In this document: positions 19,404-27,525 of the stretch, piece after piece
Layout: each line of letters starts with the position of its first letter
Numbering within the stretch: position 1 is the first letter of the stretch
Assembly: GCA_963811165.1 (NCBI GenBank)
Contig: CAWEQH010000010.1
Location: 1,027,920 to 1,091,919, forward strand
Direction of reading: 5' to 3'
Length of the DNA stretch: 64,000 nucleotides
Source: an uncultured Nitrospiraceae bacterium
GTDB lineage: Bacteria > Nitrospirota > Thermodesulfovibrionia > Thermodesulfovibrionales > UBA6898
Program-made: the position numbers and the translations under genes
The notes under the pieces: model-generated
What the model was told of the DNA's origin: nothing
Databases searched by the model: none
The model's input: only the letters and a program-made list of their open reading frames with translations

Positions 19404-20456
19404 ATGAAACAGAAAGGGTTGCTCATTTGTTTGTTCGTTGTCGTGGTCACAATGATGAGTGCAGGGAACGCCTCCGCGCTCATAAATCTGTTTTGCGATC
19501 CGTTCGGTTGCCAGGTCGACGCTGCCATGATCGCGGACACTGCCAGGGGGCTCTCATGCACCGGGTGCGTGACGTCTACGATGATACAGAATATGCCGCT
19601 GAGCCTGAGCGTAGGCAGCACGAATCCGATCATCTCAGCAACAAACACGAACTCCACGCAGGATGCAACAGGAGTGCTTGGGTATGCAAAGGCAACGAGC
19701 GGAAACACTAGGGGCGTTTCAGGCTTGAGCGATTCCATCGCAGGCATAGGCGTGCTTGGGCATACAACTGCAACGACAGGAATCAACGCAGGCGTTTCAG
19801 GCGAGAGCGATTCCAACTCAGGCACAGGCGTGTTTGGGCAAACACCTGCGACGACAGGAAACACCACAGGTGTTTCAGGCGAGAGCTACTCCATCTCAGG
19901 CACAGGCGTGTTTGGGCATGCACCTGCAACGACAGGAAACACCACGGGCGTTTCAGGCGAGAGCGATTCCATCTCAGGCATAGGCGTGTTTGGGCATGCA
20001 CCTGCAACGACAGGAAACACCACAGGCGTTTCAGGACAGAGCAATTCCCCCAGCGGTTATGGGGGCCACTTCGAGAACTCTAACGGTGGTAAGGCCCTCG
20101 GGGCACAGGTGAACTCCACGGAAGTCATGGACGTTGACCTCAACGGCGTGCACGCGGGGCCCGGCATGACACCGACACCTATTGCGCACGGCTTCTTCGA
20201 CAATGTATCTGGCTCCCGTCTATCCGGCAGCAGCAACATCACGTGCTCATGGGACAGTGCCAACCTTTGGTACGCCTGCACGATCTCGGGCGAGAACTTC
20301 TACTTTCAGTCATACACGGTCAACGTGACGCCGACTTCGCTGGCCATCCCTGTCACCGGTAGCGCGAATAACCAGTTGCTCGTACAGTTTTACGATATAT
20401 TTGGTACGCGGGTGAAGCCCGGAAGCGGCTTTTCAGTTACGGTATTTAAGCAGTAG
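19404..20456 (+). CDS. secreted protein with 26-aa Gly/Ser/Thr-rich tandem repeats
   Basis: AAAGGAGG followed by ATG at 19404. Signal peptide MKQKGLLICLFVVVVTMMSAGNASA. The repeat GVSGESDSISGTGVFGHAPATTGNTT occurs in more than 4 copies, followed by a unique ~140-aa C-terminal domain. Confidence 0.7.
   Translation: MKQKGLLICLFVVVVTMMSAGNASALINLFCDPFGCQVDAAMIADTARGLSCTGCVTSTMIQNMPLSLSVGSTNPIISATNTNSTQDATGVLGYAKATSGNTRGVSGLSDSIAGIGVLGHTTATTGINAGVSGESDSNSGTGVFGQTPATTGNTTGVSGESYSISGTGVFGHAPATTGNTTGVSGESDSISGIGVFGHAPATTGNTTGVSGQSNSPSGYGGHFENSNGGKALGAQVNSTEVMDVDLNGVHAGPGMTPTPIAHGFFDNVSGSRLSGSSNITCSWDSANLWYACTISGENFYFQSYTVNVTPTSLAIPVTGSANNQLLVQFYDIFGTRVKPGSGFSVTVFKQ
19713..20060 (+). repeat. in-frame 78-bp tandem repeat, ~4.4 copies
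   Basis: Units start at 19713, 19791, 19869, 19947 and 20025 (partial), with consensus GGCGTTTCAGGCGAGAGCGATTCCATCTCAGGCA(C/T)AGGCGTGTTTGGGCATGCACCTGCAACGACAGGAAACACCAC(A/G). The periodicity also shows in the spurious ORFs 19756-19983(+) and 19783-20007(-). Confidence 0.9.
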
Positions 20457-20459
20457 GGA

Positions 20460-20876
20460 ATCTGACAACTGGCAAGTTTGAAAGACAAGCCATTTGAGAC
20501 GGACAACGCAGGGAACGCCCAATTTCCCCAGGGGGCGATGGATGCAAATCGCCATATGGGCGCAATTCGACGGCACTCCCGCTAAATCTGGGCGAATCCC
20601 TATAGCCGGTAGGATTGCAGATGGGCGGGCCGTTTCGGTTCGCCCGGTTTGTTTCGATAATCCGCAAGAGTCCCCTTGGTTTTGCACTCAAGACTTGTCA
20701 GTAATCGGCAAATTGTCCCTGCGCATTTCCGACAACAAACAACAATACGATCAGTCGGCCAGCCGGTTCCGGCTCCTGTGCGCATCATTATCGCCCACTC
20801 ATCGCTGAAGCGTTTGTTTGTGAGCGCAGCCCAAGGGCCCGACCCATGTTCCCTGTGCTGATGACACCAAACGCAT
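20460..20876 (-). pseudogene. possible decayed Rossmann-fold NAD(P)-dependent oxidoreductase gene
   Basis: On the minus strand, AGAAGGGGA precedes an ATG at 20876. One base later the frame reads GYAFGVISTGNMGRALG (a GxGxxG dinucleotide fold start) and then hits a stop. No frame stays open for more than about 100 codons across a 590-bp GC-rich gap. Confidence 0.3.
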
Positions 20877-20891
20877 ATCCCCTTCTTATAG

Positions 20892-21272
<381 letters not shown>

Positions 21273-21294
21273 ATCTGCTCCTTTTTTCGGGATA

Positions 21295-21759
21295 TCATAT
21301 CCACTCTTCCTTTACTATTTCACCCTGAATTCCGACCACTGCGTACTTGATCGGGACTTTTCTTACGGAATCCCGGGCGGCTTGTTGCGCAATTCTCAAA
21401 AGACCCGAACAGCACGGTACCTGCATGATGAGAATCGTCAGGGTATTTATCCTGGCCTCATCGATCCAGCTCTTTATCTTTTCATAATAAACTTCCTGCT
21501 CGGAATCGAGTTTGGGACACGCGATGGCAACTGATTTCCCTCTGAGGTAATCGGAATGAAAATTACCCATTGCATATGCGACGCAGTCGGCGGTGAGAAG
21601 CACATCCGCGCCTTGGTAATAAGGGGCAGTCGGTGAAACCAGGTGCAGTTGAACCGGCCACTGTCTGAGCTGGGAACTGATTTTTGCGGTGGACGCATTA
21701 TTTTCATTGCCGATTGTTCTCAAATCCGCCATCGTTGATCCTGGGCATCCTTTAAACAT
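21295..21759 (-). CDS. Cys-containing conserved hypothetical (possible Fe-S protein)
   Basis: 154 aa. Conserved-looking LRQWPVQLHLV, LLTADCVAYA, IACPKLD and MQVPCCSGLL supply 4 candidate Cys ligands. It overlaps the upstream hemerythrin gene by 8 nt if ATG 21759 is the start (alternative ATG at 21732). Confidence 0.5.
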   Translation of the reverse strand: MFKGCPGSTMADLRTIGNENNASTAKISSQLRQWPVQLHLVSPTAPYYQGADVLLTADCVAYAMGNFHSDYLRGKSVAIACPKLDSEQEVYYEKIKSWIDEARINTLTILIMQVPCCSGLLRIAQQAARDSVRKVPIKYAVVGIQGEIVKEEWI

Positions 21760-22555
21760 TTATCATTTCCTCCTTATACTTGATGATTTCTTCCATTTCT
21801 TTTACAAACTTCTCCTGATGTGAGGAGACCTCCCTGAATTGCATGTCGGTCGCCGCGAATTGGGAGAAGAGCTGTCCGACCTGGGACATAGAAAGTTTTT
21901 CGTCCATCCAAGGGTAGAGCACCTCGTCTTCTTTCTTTATGTGCGCGGTGAGAAGTTCACGGTAGGCCAAGAGATGGGCCGTTATTTCCTCGTTGTCATT
22001 CTCTTCGATCGCCTCGAGCACAGCCTTAACGTGGCCTCTGCCAATCTTGTGCTCCTGATTCATCGCTTTAAGAATCTCGAGATCTGAATCGAAGAGCCCG
22101 AAGAGAATATCTTCCTCTTTCGCGTGATGGAATTTATCCGCATAAGAACGGATGAAGCCTACAACGCCCAGGATTCTCCTCCTGTCTTCCCCGATCGAAA
22201 CATCAAGGCCCTCCAGAATGCTCGGGATAAGGGCGAGCATCCTCTTGATGACCGAATGTTCGTCCACCAGCGATTGCATCGGCGGGGAATATTTAAAAGT
22301 TTCTTTTCTGGCACCTGTCTTTCTCTTTATCGTCGGTATCTCCACCCGCCTGCCCGGAAATATAATTTCAGCCATCCGGGTCAATAAATCACGTTCCTGC
22401 TCGCAGGAGAGCCCGTGGACTTCCACAACATCCTTCAAAAGACAGGTCCCGACACTGCATGTAATACAGGAGATCCCCCCGGCAGAGAGGATCTCGCCTA
22501 CCTCTGGGTGCTCTGTAATCACTTCTTTGATTCCCTTCGACAAGTATTGCTCCAT
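21752..22555 (-). CDS. hemerythrin-like metal-binding protein with N-terminal Cys-containing DUF1858/ScdA_N-like domain
   Basis: AGGAGG followed by ATG at 22555. The N-terminal ~65 aa contain CITCSVGTC. The rest has hemerythrin-type His/Glu spacing (DEHSVIKRML, FHHAKEEDILF, EHKIGRGH, HIKKEDEVLYP). Confidence 0.7.
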   Translation of the reverse strand: MEQYLSKGIKEVITEHPEVGEILSAGGISCITCSVGTCLLKDVVEVHGLSCEQERDLLTRMAEIIFPGRRVEIPTIKRKTGARKETFKYSPPMQSLVDEHSVIKRMLALIPSILEGLDVSIGEDRRRILGVVGFIRSYADKFHHAKEEDILFGLFDSDLEILKAMNQEHKIGRGHVKAVLEAIEENDNEEITAHLLAYRELLTAHIKKEDEVLYPWMDEKLSMSQVGQLFSQFAATDMQFREVSSHQEKFVKEMEEIIKYKEEMINV

Positions 22556-22620
22556 TTTTTTCCTCCTAAGCAATTTATTCAAGTGTATGGTCCAGTTTAT
22601 GATGCCGGAGAAATTCGTGC

Positions 22621-22636
22621 TATGACGTATGTCATA
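22621..22636. promoter_or_regulatory. candidate CRP/FNR-type operator TATGACGTATGTCATA
   Basis: Perfect 6-N4-6 inverted repeat (core ATGA-N6-TCAT), 66 nt upstream of the hemerythrin-operon ATG. A minus-strand CATAAA hexamer starts 27 nt from the dyad, which places the dyad near -40. Confidence 0.35.
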
Positions 22637-22916
22637 ATTGCCTCATTCTTTTTGGAATCGCCCGCCACTGCTGGGTTTTATCCATTACGACTCCACCGCA
22701 ATGGGATTTTGTACTGTTTGGAAAATGCATTTCCTCAAAAGAAGGCAGAAATACCGTCATATAAATTCAAGCCGTTGCAAATCCATAGAGGTAACTTTCT
22801 TTTTTGCAACAGAACTATCCTGATTGCATGTATAATCTGAAATATATTGAGTTTAGCGGGCGTCAAATGAATACCGGTTCCAAAAGCTTATTCTTTTACC
22901 TGAAAGGAGACAGAAA

Positions 22917-24344
22917 ATGAATATTGCCCCGAAGACAAAAGTGAATGAGCTTCTTGCTAAATACGAATTCCTCAAGGACTTTCTGATAAATATGGACCCT
23001 CACTTCAAGGCGCTCGACAACCCGCTGCTGAGAAAGACACTCGGAAAGGTGGCAACCTTGAGCAAGGTTGCCATGGTGGGTGGTGTAGACATCAATAAAC
23101 TCCTGAGCGGGATAGCGCAGGAGATTAAGAAGCAGACAGGAGAAGATATCACCATAGATGGAGAGGACAGGCCTGTGGTGATAACAGACCCTGAACAGAG
23201 GATTGTAGCGCTTAAGGAGATCATAGAGGACCTGCACAGGGGAGTTGAAATCAAGGTCTTGAAGAAACGGTTCCTCGAACTCATCAGGGATGTTGCGCCC
23301 ACTGAGATTGCGCATATGGAACAGCGGCTCATCAGTGAAGGTATGCCTGAGGAAGAGGTCAAAAGACTCTGCGACGTCCATGTGGAGGTATTCAGGGAAT
23401 CTTTGGAGGATAAGGTCGTGCCGGGTTTACCTGCAGGCCATCCCGTGCATACCTACATGCTCGAAAATCGCAAAGCAGAGGCCATTTTAGGCCGAATACA
23501 GGCAGTGCATGATATACAGAAAGAAAGAGAACAGCTTGCGGGATTTCTTGAGACCCTCTCTGACATAAACCTGCATTACGTCAGGAAGGAAAACCAGCTT
23601 TTCCCGATACTTGAGGTCCACGGCGTCTCGGGCCCCTCAAAAGTCATGTGGGCTCTTCATGACGATATACGCCAAATGCTCAAAGAGGTCACAGCCAGGG
23701 TCGGGGAAGGAACATCAACACCAAAGGAGATTCAGGCCCTCATCCATATGGTCAATGACATGATCTACAAGGAGGAGCATATACTCTTTCCTATGGCGCT
23801 TGAGACCCTTGGGGACAGTGACTGGGCAAAGGTGAGGGAAGGAGAAGAGGAGATAGGGTATGCGTGGGTCCAGCCGCCAGTAGTATGGAAGCCCGCATCA
23901 GAGCCCTATCAGGAGAATATCCCTGATGACAAGGTCGGCAGCCTTACGCTGGATACAGGCTTGCTGACAGCAGAGCAGATCAATCTCATGCTTATGCACC
24001 TGCCTGTTGACATATCATTCGTAGACGAAAATGATAAGGTCGCCTATTACTCCCAGACGGAGGACAGGATATTTCCGCGCAGTCCGGGAATCATCGGCAG
24101 GAGTGTTCAGAACTGCCATCCGCCCAGGAGCGTACATGTTGTTGAGAAGATCCTGCAGGAGTTCAAGGCAGGCAACAGAGACAGCGCTGAGTTCTGGATA
24201 CAGATGAAGGGCAGGTTCATCCATATACGATATTTCGCCGTGCACGACAACAGCGGCAAGTACAGGGGGACACTTGAGGTCAGCCAGGATGTCACGTCTA
24301 TCAGGGGGCTGGAGGGAGATAAAAGACTCCTTGACTGGGACTGA
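22917..24344 (+). CDS. DUF1858-DUF438-hemerythrin-PAS multidomain protein
   Basis: 475 aa with AAAGGAGA upstream. N-terminal DUF1858-like segment, central hemerythrin-like His/Glu motifs (HPVHTYMLENR, NLHYVRKENQLFP, MWALHDDIR, MIYKEEHILFP), and a C-terminal PAS-like segment. The architecture matches proteins annotated as DUF438, by recollection. Confidence 0.7.
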   Translation: MNIAPKTKVNELLAKYEFLKDFLINMDPHFKALDNPLLRKTLGKVATLSKVAMVGGVDINKLLSGIAQEIKKQTGEDITIDGEDRPVVITDPEQRIVALKEIIEDLHRGVEIKVLKKRFLELIRDVAPTEIAHMEQRLISEGMPEEEVKRLCDVHVEVFRESLEDKVVPGLPAGHPVHTYMLENRKAEAILGRIQAVHDIQKEREQLAGFLETLSDINLHYVRKENQLFPILEVHGVSGPSKVMWALHDDIRQMLKEVTARVGEGTSTPKEIQALIHMVNDMIYKEEHILFPMALETLGDSDWAKVREGEEEIGYAWVQPPVVWKPASEPYQENIPDDKVGSLTLDTGLLTAEQINLMLMHLPVDISFVDENDKVAYYSQTEDRIFPRSPGIIGRSVQNCHPPRSVHVVEKILQEFKAGNRDSAEFWIQMKGRFIHIRYFAVHDNSGKYRGTLEVSQDVTSIRGLEGDKRLLDWD

Positions 24345-24389
24345 GGAACAATACAGATAAGACAAGAAATAGCTCTTTACCAGTGGGCG

Positions 24390-24429
24390 GCATGATGTAG
24401 CTCATGCCTGAAATGACAGCTTGTATAAT
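24390..24429 (+). promoter_or_regulatory. candidate nrfHA promoter: palindrome GCATGATGTAGCTCATGC overlapping -35, plus TATAAT
   Basis: Inverted repeat at 24390-24407 (core ATGA-N6-TCAT). A perfect TATAAT lies at 24424-24429, preceded by TG. The ATG of nrfH is at 24543. Confidence 0.4.
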
Positions 24430-24542
24430 AATCCCGGCTTGATATACTGAAATTATAGGTTGGACCATACATATGAACTTTGCAGAATAAGCGAAGGTCA
24501 TGCATTGAATCCCGGGCTATATTCTCACATGGGGGTGGAGAT

Positions 24543-25007
24543 ATGAGCACTGAAAAATCCAAAAAGGTCATTAAGTATCTTTTTATTTTTATAGTCGTCG
24601 GAACCACGATATTTTTCTTCCTGCTCCTGGGTCCGCCAAAGCTGCTTGCGAGGTCCGAGGCACCCATTTTCTGCGGGGGTTGCCACGTCATGGAATCGGA
24701 ATTTGAGTCGTGGTCTCACGCGGGTGCGCACAGAAGAAAAAAATGCGTTGACTGCCATCTGCCAAACCATAATATGCTCATTCACTACATCTGGAAGTCG
24801 ATCGACGGAATGAAGGATGTGGGGTTCTTTTTCTCCGGTCTGGCGCCCGAGCGGATCAAAATCACAGAACACGGGAAAAAGGTCCTGCAGGCAAACTGCA
24901 TCCGTTGCCATGAAACAACGGTAGATATGATAAACCAGGAACGACCGTGCTGGGATTGCCACAGGAGGATCGCACACACGCGCACTGGTTCAATTTCAAC
25001 ATTATGA
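24543..25007 (+). CDS. nrfH: cytochrome c nitrite reductase small subunit NrfH (tetraheme, membrane-anchored)
   Basis: N-terminal TM helix and four CxxCH motifs (CGGCH, CVDCH, CIRCH, CWDCH). Size is about 154 aa, and it sits directly upstream of nrfA. Confidence 0.9.
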   Translation: MSTEKSKKVIKYLFIFIVVGTTIFFFLLLGPPKLLARSEAPIFCGGCHVMESEFESWSHAGAHRRKKCVDCHLPNHNMLIHYIWKSIDGMKDVGFFFSGLAPERIKITEHGKKVLQANCIRCHETTVDMINQERPCWDCHRRIAHTRTGSISTL

Positions 25008-25024
25008 CAGAAAGGGGGTTTCCG

Positions 25025-26512
25025 ATGAGAAAAAGATTTTTTTTAAGACTGGCTCCGTTTCTGGCGATAATGGCGACCATAGTATTTTTGTCTGCATGCC
25101 AGAAGCCGAAGCCGCAACCGGTCAAGACCGTTCAGATACCCGACGGAGAAGTAGATCCGGAGGTGTGGGGTAAAGCCTATCCTGCGGAATATGAACTCTG
25201 GAAGAAGACCGAGGAACCAGCACCTGCCGGTAAGAGCAAGTACAAGAGAGGGTTTACCACCGACAGGATCACCTATGACAAGCTTTCCGAATTCCCGTAC
25301 ATGGCACTCCTTTTCAATGGCTGGGGGTTCGGGGTTGAGTACAATGAGCCGCGCGGGCATGCAAATATGCTCCGCGACCAGCTCGAAGTCGATCCTTCGA
25401 GGGTCAAGGCTGGCGGCGCCTGTCTCACATGCAAGACGCCCTATGCCCCAAGGTTTGTAAAGGAGAAAGGCCTCGATTACTTCTCGAAGCCTTACCTGGA
25501 GGTGCTCAATTGGATCCCGGAGAAGCACAGGAAGCTGGGAGTAGCCTGTATTGACTGCCATGATAATAAAGACATGTCACTGAAGCTTTCGAGGGACTTC
25601 ACCCTCATCAAGGCATTACAGAGTATGGGTGTTGATCCGCTAAAGCTGTCCCGGCAGGAGATGCGGTCAGCTGTCTGCGCCCAATGCCATGTCACCTATA
25701 TGGTCCAGAAAAACCCTGAGATGCATTCGATAAATGTCATATTCCCCTGGGAAGGAAGCAAATGGGGCAATATCTCAATCGAGAACATCATCAGAAAACT
25801 CAGGAGTGATGAGTCGTACAAGGAATGGACACAAGGAGTTACAGGCTTCAAGCTGGCCTTCATCCGCCACCCCGAGTTCGAACTGTTCTCGAATAACAGC
25901 GTACACTGGAAGGCAGGCGCTGCGTGCGCTGACTGTCATATGCCGTATACTATTGTCGGGGCAAGCAAGGTCTCTGACCATCGCGTGATGAGTCCGGTCA
26001 AAAACGACTTTAAGGCCTGTCAGCAGTGCCACACCGAAAGCCCCGACTGGCTGAGAGACCAAGTGACTGCCATCCAGGACAGGACCGTCTCACTCATGCT
26101 CCGCTCCGGCTATGCCACGGCGACTGTTGCAAAGCTCTTTGAGATAGCACACAAGGCTCAGGCGGAGGGCAGGCAGATCGACAAAACACTCTATGACAAG
26201 GCCAAGGACTTCTATGATGAAGCATTCTACCGTGTTGTCTTTGTCGGCGCAGAAAACTCCATCGGCTTTCATAACCCCACAGAGGCCACAAGAATCCTCG
26301 GGGATGCAACTGCCTTTGCAGGCAAAGCGGAAGGGCTGCTCAGACAGGCGCTCACCAAGGCCGGCGTCAACGTGCCGATGGTCGTGAACCTCGAGCTGAA
26401 TAAATACCTGGACAACAGGGGACAAAAGAAACTCAAGTTCCAGAAGGGGGTCGAAATCAAGGACCCCTATGGCATTGAGGAAAGACTCTTGATGGTGGAA
26501 CAAACAAAATAA
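25025..26512 (+). CDS. nrfA: pentaheme cytochrome c nitrite reductase NrfA
   Basis: Active-site heme motif CLTCK (CxxCK) plus CIDCH, CAQCH, CADCH and CQQCH. The N-terminus MRKRFFLRLAPFLAIMATIVFLSAC has a lipobox-like LSAC. Confidence 0.9.
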   Translation: MRKRFFLRLAPFLAIMATIVFLSACQKPKPQPVKTVQIPDGEVDPEVWGKAYPAEYELWKKTEEPAPAGKSKYKRGFTTDRITYDKLSEFPYMALLFNGWGFGVEYNEPRGHANMLRDQLEVDPSRVKAGGACLTCKTPYAPRFVKEKGLDYFSKPYLEVLNWIPEKHRKLGVACIDCHDNKDMSLKLSRDFTLIKALQSMGVDPLKLSRQEMRSAVCAQCHVTYMVQKNPEMHSINVIFPWEGSKWGNISIENIIRKLRSDESYKEWTQGVTGFKLAFIRHPEFELFSNNSVHWKAGAACADCHMPYTIVGASKVSDHRVMSPVKNDFKACQQCHTESPDWLRDQVTAIQDRTVSLMLRSGYATATVAKLFEIAHKAQAEGRQIDKTLYDKAKDFYDEAFYRVVFVGAENSIGFHNPTEATRILGDATAFAGKAEGLLRQALTKAGVNVPMVVNLELNKYLDNRGQKKLKFQKGVEIKDPYGIEERLLMVEQTK

Positions 26513-26525
26513 TCTCCCGGAAGAA

Positions 26526-26547
26526 GTCGGGGCCGAAAGGCCCCGAC
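26526..26547 (+). terminator. GC-rich hairpin after nrfA
   Basis: GTCGGGGCC-GAAA-GGCCCCGAC, 14 nt after the nrfA stop. There is no immediate U-tract; a T6 run follows about 25 nt later. Confidence 0.4.
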
Positions 26548-26668
26548 TCCCCCTCCTTGGAAATTATCTTTTTTAGGGCAGTCTGAAATATCCCCTGCAA
26601 CGTTTCGATTGGCGACATTCTTGGCGTGTATGACGCGATCCATTCAGCCCCTGCGCAGGGCCTCTTTA

Positions 26669-27445
26669 CTACTCACCTGAAAGTTCGATGGTGAATCTTT
26701 CCAACAGATTGGCGAGATATTCGATATCGATATGCGCCTCTGCACCGCTGTCGAATAAAATTTTGCAATCGGCATCGAACTCTTCGTCGGCGGACCAGAA
26801 AGAAAGGAAAAGAGGCACATTCGGCAGGAGGTCGAACCTGAAGCTATAATCTGCCTTTAGCTTGTTTGAAGCTGCGGCACCACCCAATTCCTCGCAACGC
26901 CGTCTTAAGCGGAGCTCATTATTATTGAAAATGACGGCCATCTTTCTCTCTGCGTTGCTCTGGAACGCCTTCACAAGGGATGCGGTATGGGGAAAGTGCC
27001 CAAGCCCTATCCATTCCCCCGTGGGAGGTCTTGATGACTGTCTGCGTATATAATCACAGATAATTATCCTGGCCCAGGTGTCGCGGCTGCATACATTATT
27101 TTCGGATAAACCCTCTTTAAAAAGTTCGTATGTCTTATTAATCATTGTCAGCCGTATGGCCTCTTTGCCGCCAAAGGATATATACGCGCCGCCTACCGCT
27201 TCCGCCGCCTGCTTGAAATCGACACTTACCGCCTCTTTCTCGATCTCTTCCGCGACCTGCTCGTACCCTCCCGGGGACGCGGTAAGTGAATCAGTTTGCG
27301 GCCCGAGGGATGCCCCGTCTTTTACATAGGGGCAGCTAGACAGATCCGCCTGCGCTTTCTTAATCCTCATGGCAAAAACCATACAAGTAGCTGAACCGCA
27401 CTCCCCGCAGTTTGTCTTCGGAAGTTTTTTATAGATCTCTATCAT
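26669..27445 (-). CDS. DUF3786-like protein with N-terminal CdhE/AcsC-type putative Fe-S domain
   Basis: N-terminus MIEIYKKLPKTNCGECGSATCMVFAMRIKKAQADLSSCPYV (C-x2-C-x4-C...C). The remainder resembles the DUF3786 family as I recall it. A paralogue lies at 49572-50336. Confidence 0.65.
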   Translation of the reverse strand: MIEIYKKLPKTNCGECGSATCMVFAMRIKKAQADLSSCPYVKDGASLGPQTDSLTASPGGYEQVAEEIEKEAVSVDFKQAAEAVGGAYISFGGKEAIRLTMINKTYELFKEGLSENNVCSRDTWARIIICDYIRRQSSRPPTGEWIGLGHFPHTASLVKAFQSNAERKMAVIFNNNELRLRRRCEELGGAAASNKLKADYSFRFDLLPNVPLFLSFWSADEEFDADCKILFDSGAEAHIDIEYLANLLERFTIELSGE

Positions 27446-27525
27446 CTAAATTTTATCCAATTAAAAAATGAGCAAGGATGATTTAGATATATTGTATCCG
27501 ACTAGGTTCAGTACTCATATGACGT

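Noticed and set aside
19713-20060. Regular 78-bp repeats considered as a possible CRISPR array
   Set aside because: There are no unique spacers: the units abut directly. The repeat is in frame within a signal-peptide-bearing ORF and encodes a 26-aa protein repeat. No cas genes are present in the window.
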